A stretch of DNA of 32,000 bases, from positions 1,080,001 to 1,112,000 of the forward strand of contig CP006868.1 of NCBI GenBank assembly GCA_025340205.1. The letters are read 5' to 3'. Positions 28,538 through 32,000 of the stretch are shown piece by piece; position 1 is the first letter of the stretch, and every line of letters starts with the position of its first letter. The DNA is from Ignicoccus pacificus DSM 13166 (GTDB lineage: Archaea > Thermoproteota > Thermoprotei_A > Sulfolobales > Ignicoccaceae). The notes below the pieces were generated by a model that saw nothing but the letters and a program-made list of their open reading frames with translations, did not search any database and was not told the DNA's origin. The position numbers and the translations under genes are program-made.

Positions 28538-29728
28538 TCACCCCACGAAGCTCCAGATCAAGTAAACCAAGCTGAGGAGGGCTAGGAAGTAGAGGAATTC
28601 AGTTAAAGTAAACGCCTCGTTCTTCACATAGTCGTAAACCCCTATGTTGGTTCCTCCAACGTTAACGCTCGCTATCGGAACCTTCACGTACTCGTTCAAG
28701 CTCCCTAGGAGGAAGGCGCTGGCAGTCTTTTGATAGGGAATTAGGAGAACCTTCCCTTCTTTAGGACCTAGGACGATGGTCCCTCCCGCCTGGGTTCCGG
28801 CGACCTCTATCCCGCTCTTCAAGACCTCGAACTTCCTCAAGTAGCAGTAGCTGACGACCTTTGGAACTTTCGTCCACTTGGAGCACAGAGCCTCGTAGCA
28901 GTTCGGCTGCCTGACCTCTAGCACGTACCTCACTTCTGGAGCTATTCTCCTACTATAGCAGCTCTTGCAGAGGTAGACCCTAACTCCCCTCTCGCTCTTC
29001 ACGAGCTTGCACCCGGAGCAAGAGACATCGTAGGTCTTCACGTTGAGCTTCTTTATCACAGTCACGAAGGGTCCGCTGTTGGACACCTTGGTACATCTCC
29101 TGACCTCATTCCCATTAAGGTACTTCGCACAAGCGTCAACCAAGAAGACCTCAGCTCTCCCTTCCAAGCATTTGGAAATCAAGACCTCCTTCGCCGGCCT
29201 CGCGTTGATGAATGTCACGGAGAGGGGAGCGGAGACCGCTTTATCGCAGACGTTAACGACTGAAATTGAGAGTAAGGATGAGTCCTTGGGGACGGAGTAA
29301 CCCAAGTAGGAGGCGCTTAGGGGCACGGTACCCGCTTGGAGGAGCAAGCAAGACCTTCCTAGGGGAAGGATCCCGGTTCCCACCAACTTCTCATTTAAGA
29401 ACAGCTTGTAAGAGATCTCAACGGAGTTTGACGTGGGGACCAAGGTAAGCTTGAACCTTAGCACCTCTCCTTTGGTAACGTAACCGCTCCAAGAGGCCAC
29501 GTTGCCTTGAACGGAAGAGAAGCCCGTAACGCTCGCTATAGCAGCTCCCCTAACGCTGAAGAGGACTCTCCCCATCCCTTCGCAGTCGCTCTTGACTATT
29601 GCAATTATTACCAATTCCTTTCCGATTTGAGGCTTCAGGGTGCTGGGGAGCAGCGTGACCTCTAAGCATGCTAGCGCTGGAATGAGGAGAGCGAGCGCGA
29701 TCGCAATAGCCTTCATAGCAACCACCAC
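28538..29728 (-). CDS. Cys-rich secreted/membrane-anchored protein of unknown function (paralog 2)
   Basis: Signal peptide, C-terminal TM (LTEFLYFLALLSLVYLIWSFVG), Cys-rich central block (CYEALCSKWTK). Confidence 0.65.
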   Translation of the reverse strand: MVVAMKAIAIALALLIPALACLEVTLLPSTLKPQIGKELVIIAIVKSDCEGMGRVLFSVRGAAIASVTGFSSVQGNVASWSGYVTKGEVLRFKLTLVPTSNSVEISYKLFLNEKLVGTGILPLGRSCLLLQAGTVPLSASYLGYSVPKDSSLLSISVVNVCDKAVSAPLSVTFINARPAKEVLISKCLEGRAEVFLVDACAKYLNGNEVRRCTKVSNSGPFVTVIKKLNVKTYDVSCSGCKLVKSERGVRVYLCKSCYSRRIAPEVRYVLEVRQPNCYEALCSKWTKVPKVVSYCYLRKFEVLKSGIEVAGTQAGGTIVLGPKEGKVLLIPYQKTASAFLLGSLNEYVKVPIASVNVGGTNIGVYDYVKNEAFTLTEFLYFLALLSLVYLIWSFVG

Positions 29729-30711
29729 GCTAAGGCTATGAGTGCTATCAAGGCGGAGGTGAGGAGGACGTTCAGCAAGGCCTCTCTCCCGGCGTTGACC
29801 AGCGTAACGTAATAGGTGTAGTAAGGGATGCCTCCTACCAGTATCGTGAAGGCGGGGGCCTTGACTTCAGAAGGTCCCAACAAGGGACCGTAGAACTGTT
29901 TCTTTGGGACGAACTGAATAATCCTGAACCTCCCGTCGGCCTTGAGCAAGGCTTCCGATCCCCTTACCGGAAACCTCTCCTCCACGAACTTTGACATGGA
30001 GCAGAACCTCACGTTTATCGGCCTTTTACTCCATAAAGAGCACGAAGGTATTAGGCACACCCTCTTAGCCCTCATCTCCTCGCACTTCTTGACTAACCTA
30101 TCAACCTTCTTGAAGAGCACACATTTCCCATCTTGAAACTTGACGCAGGAGTAAGTACTCTCCCAGACACTCTTCCACTTTACGCATTCGAGCTTCCCAT
30201 ATCCCCAGAGCTGGCATGAGCTTTGGGCGCAATAGTCCACCCAGAAGGTCTTGCTTTCTTCCTTCAAGCACTTCTCTTTCAGAACCCTTTCAACGGGATA
30301 CGCGTTCTGGAAGTGGATCAGTACTGGAACCTTGGAATCCTTGGAGTAAGGTCTAACTAAGAGCTTGTTTCCTTCCACCTTAACCTCGACGAAGGTCCCC
30401 GGAAAGGGTACCTTCCCCAAATACCCAATTCCCTCGAACCCATCGTAGAGGTAAGTTATTTTTACCACTTCGCTCTCCGCAACGATTTTCAACTTTATGA
30501 CCTTCTCCCCGCTTACGTAGCCCTTCCACGAGAAGGTTTGGGAGCCGTCGGGGAGGTGAGCTCCGGCGAAGCTCATTTGAAAGGCTTGCATCCCGTTACC
30601 CTTTATGACTATCAGTAGCTCTATTCCGTTGCCCGGCGAGACCCTTCCGACCGGCACTACCGTTAAAGCGCTGACCAACGGGATAAGCATCAGTACCATG
30701 AGCCACCTCAA
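29713..30711 (-). CDS. Cys-rich secreted/membrane-anchored protein of unknown function (paralog 3)
   Basis: Signal peptide, C-terminal TM (LLTSALIALIALAWWLL), Cys-rich block (CAQSSCQLWGYGKLEC, CLIPSCSLWSK); overlaps paralog 2. Confidence 0.65.
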   Translation of the reverse strand: MRWLMVLMLIPLVSALTVVPVGRVSPGNGIELLIVIKGNGMQAFQMSFAGAHLPDGSQTFSWKGYVSGEKVIKLKIVAESEVVKITYLYDGFEGIGYLGKVPFPGTFVEVKVEGNKLLVRPYSKDSKVPVLIHFQNAYPVERVLKEKCLKEESKTFWVDYCAQSSCQLWGYGKLECVKWKSVWESTYSCVKFQDGKCVLFKKVDRLVKKCEEMRAKRVCLIPSCSLWSKRPINVRFCSMSKFVEERFPVRGSEALLKADGRFRIIQFVPKKQFYGPLLGPSEVKAPAFTILVGGIPYYTYYVTLVNAGREALLNVLLTSALIALIALAWWLL

Positions 30712-30806
30712 GGAGTACTCCGGGTTAGTTTCTCACCTATGGATCTTATTACTACCGCAGGAACGCTTTATTTACCCTAGCAATCCCTCAAGGAGGGGAA
30801 CGATTC

Positions 30807-31181
30807 ATGGGAAGGGTTAACAAGCCTCTCTCAGCTATTGAGAAGAGGCAAATGAGGCAGTTGCTACAAGATCTGAGGAAGAGGATGATAGAGGAGAGGA
30901 AGGCCAAGAGAGGAGTTACCCAGCAAGTGGTCGCCGAGGCTAACGTCGTGGACCAAGCTGCCAAGGTGGTGAGGCACATGAAGTTCGTAACTCCCAGCAT
31001 GCTGGCTGACAAGATGGAGATAAGCATCGGAGTGGCCAAGAGGGTTCTGAGGGACCTAGAGACCAGAGGAGTGCTAAAGCTCTATGCTAAGAACAGGAGG
31101 GTGCAGGTCTACGTTCCTGCCGACAAGTTCGAGAAGCTAGTCAAGCCTGGAGCCTACTCCTACACCGTCGAGGAGATGTAA
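30807..31181 (+). CDS. rps25e: 30S ribosomal protein S25e
   Basis: KFVTPSMLADKMEISIGVAKRVLRDLETRGVLKLYAKNRRVQVYVP is typical of the archaeal S25e wHTH. Confidence 0.85.
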   Translation: MGRVNKPLSAIEKRQMRQLLQDLRKRMIEERKAKRGVTQQVVAEANVVDQAAKVVRHMKFVTPSMLADKMEISIGVAKRVLRDLETRGVLKLYAKNRRVQVYVPADKFEKLVKPGAYSYTVEEM

Positions 31182-31259
31182 GGCCTTTTTGCCGATGAAG
31201 GACCTCGATCCCCCTGATCCTTTTATGATGAGGATTGCGCGTACCTGAGGGGAGAAGGT

Positions 31260-31985
31260 TTGATTCCCGTCGAGTTTTGGGAGAAAGGGGAGAGGCCCCT
31301 CAAGTACTTAGTTGTAGGATTTCATGACGTGGGCTTGGTTGGAATAATTGCTACCAAGCACTTGATAGAGAGCTTGGGTATGGAGGAGGTGGGCGGAATA
31401 GATATTCCATCCGAGCTCCCCATAGCTCCCATAAGGGATGGGTTGGCAAAGTTCCCAATCACTATTTACAAGAAGGATCAATGGGCAGTGTTCTACCCAG
31501 AGGTCCCCTTACCTCCAACGGTTCTCTTCCCAATAGCTCAAGCGATAATGGATTACGCTGCCAGGATGGGTGTGGAGAGGATTATTTCATTAACGGGATT
31601 GGCTAACCCTAATCGTCTAAGGGTGAAGCCGAGCCTTCACTGGATCATAGGGGACGAGGAGATTGAGGAGAAGGAAAAGCTCGAGAGGGAAGGAAAGCCC
31701 TTGAAGGATGGCGTGCTTTACGGACCAACGGCGTTGCTCTTGAAGTTCTCGAAGACTAGGGGAATCCCAGTAGTGGCTCTCTTAGCAGATGCCTTCCCGG
31801 AGTTTCCCGACCCAGGAGCGGCCGCCACCGTCCTAGAGGGTCTGAGCAAGGTTTATGGAATAAGCGTGGATACGAAGAAGCTAATTGAAGACGCTGAGAA
31901 GATAAAGGCAAGGTTGCAAGAGATGGCGAGACAAGCTATGACCGTAATGAAGGAGAGCGGAGCTAGGCCCATGATGTACGCCTAA
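31260..31985 (+). CDS. PAC2 family / proteasome-assembly-chaperone-like protein
   Basis: LVVGFHDVGLVGIIATKHLIESLG...ISLTGLANPN...GPTALLLKFSKTRGIPVVALLADAF...DPGAAATVLEGLSKVYG. Confidence 0.8.
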   Translation: MIPVEFWEKGERPLKYLVVGFHDVGLVGIIATKHLIESLGMEEVGGIDIPSELPIAPIRDGLAKFPITIYKKDQWAVFYPEVPLPPTVLFPIAQAIMDYAARMGVERIISLTGLANPNRLRVKPSLHWIIGDEEIEEKEKLEREGKPLKDGVLYGPTALLLKFSKTRGIPVVALLADAFPEFPDPGAAATVLEGLSKVYGISVDTKKLIEDAEKIKARLQEMARQAMTVMKESGARPMMYA

Positions 31986-32000
31986 GGGGTGAGATCATGA

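Overview
The window looks like an Ignicoccus-like hyperthermophilic crenarchaeon (inferred from protein content, not from a search). It centres on a complete type I-D CRISPR-Cas locus at about 12.6-26.7 kb. The cas cassette is cas1(-) then csc3/cas10d, csc2, csc1, cas3, cas2, cas4 and cas6 (all +). It sits between two outward-facing arrays of the same 24-nt repeat family: array 2 (minus-oriented, 29 good repeats plus 1 degenerate) and array 3 (plus-oriented, 45 good repeats plus 1 degenerate). The two arrays have base-for-base identical 207-bp leaders in inverted orientation (231 bp counting the first repeat). These leaders begin at the stop codons of cas1 and cas6. A third array at 358-1333 uses a different 26-nt repeat and has no cas genes in this window. 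The arrays share one identical 41-nt spacer. Four further spacers from the two arrays tile one target locus in two diverged versions, which lets me read a short element-encoded C-terminus and a GTT PAM directly from the DNA. The flanks carry an ABC importer operon, an EamA transporter, tandem small wHTH-like paralogs, a type IV pilin-like protein, SdhB, an ECF Co/Ni transporter, a DUF424-like protein, three tandem Cys-rich secreted/anchored proteins, ribosomal protein S25e and a PAC2-family protein. The system family itself is known. The unusual parts are the mirror-image architecture, the separated cas1, the overlapping and shared spacers, and an oppositely oriented orphan repeat.
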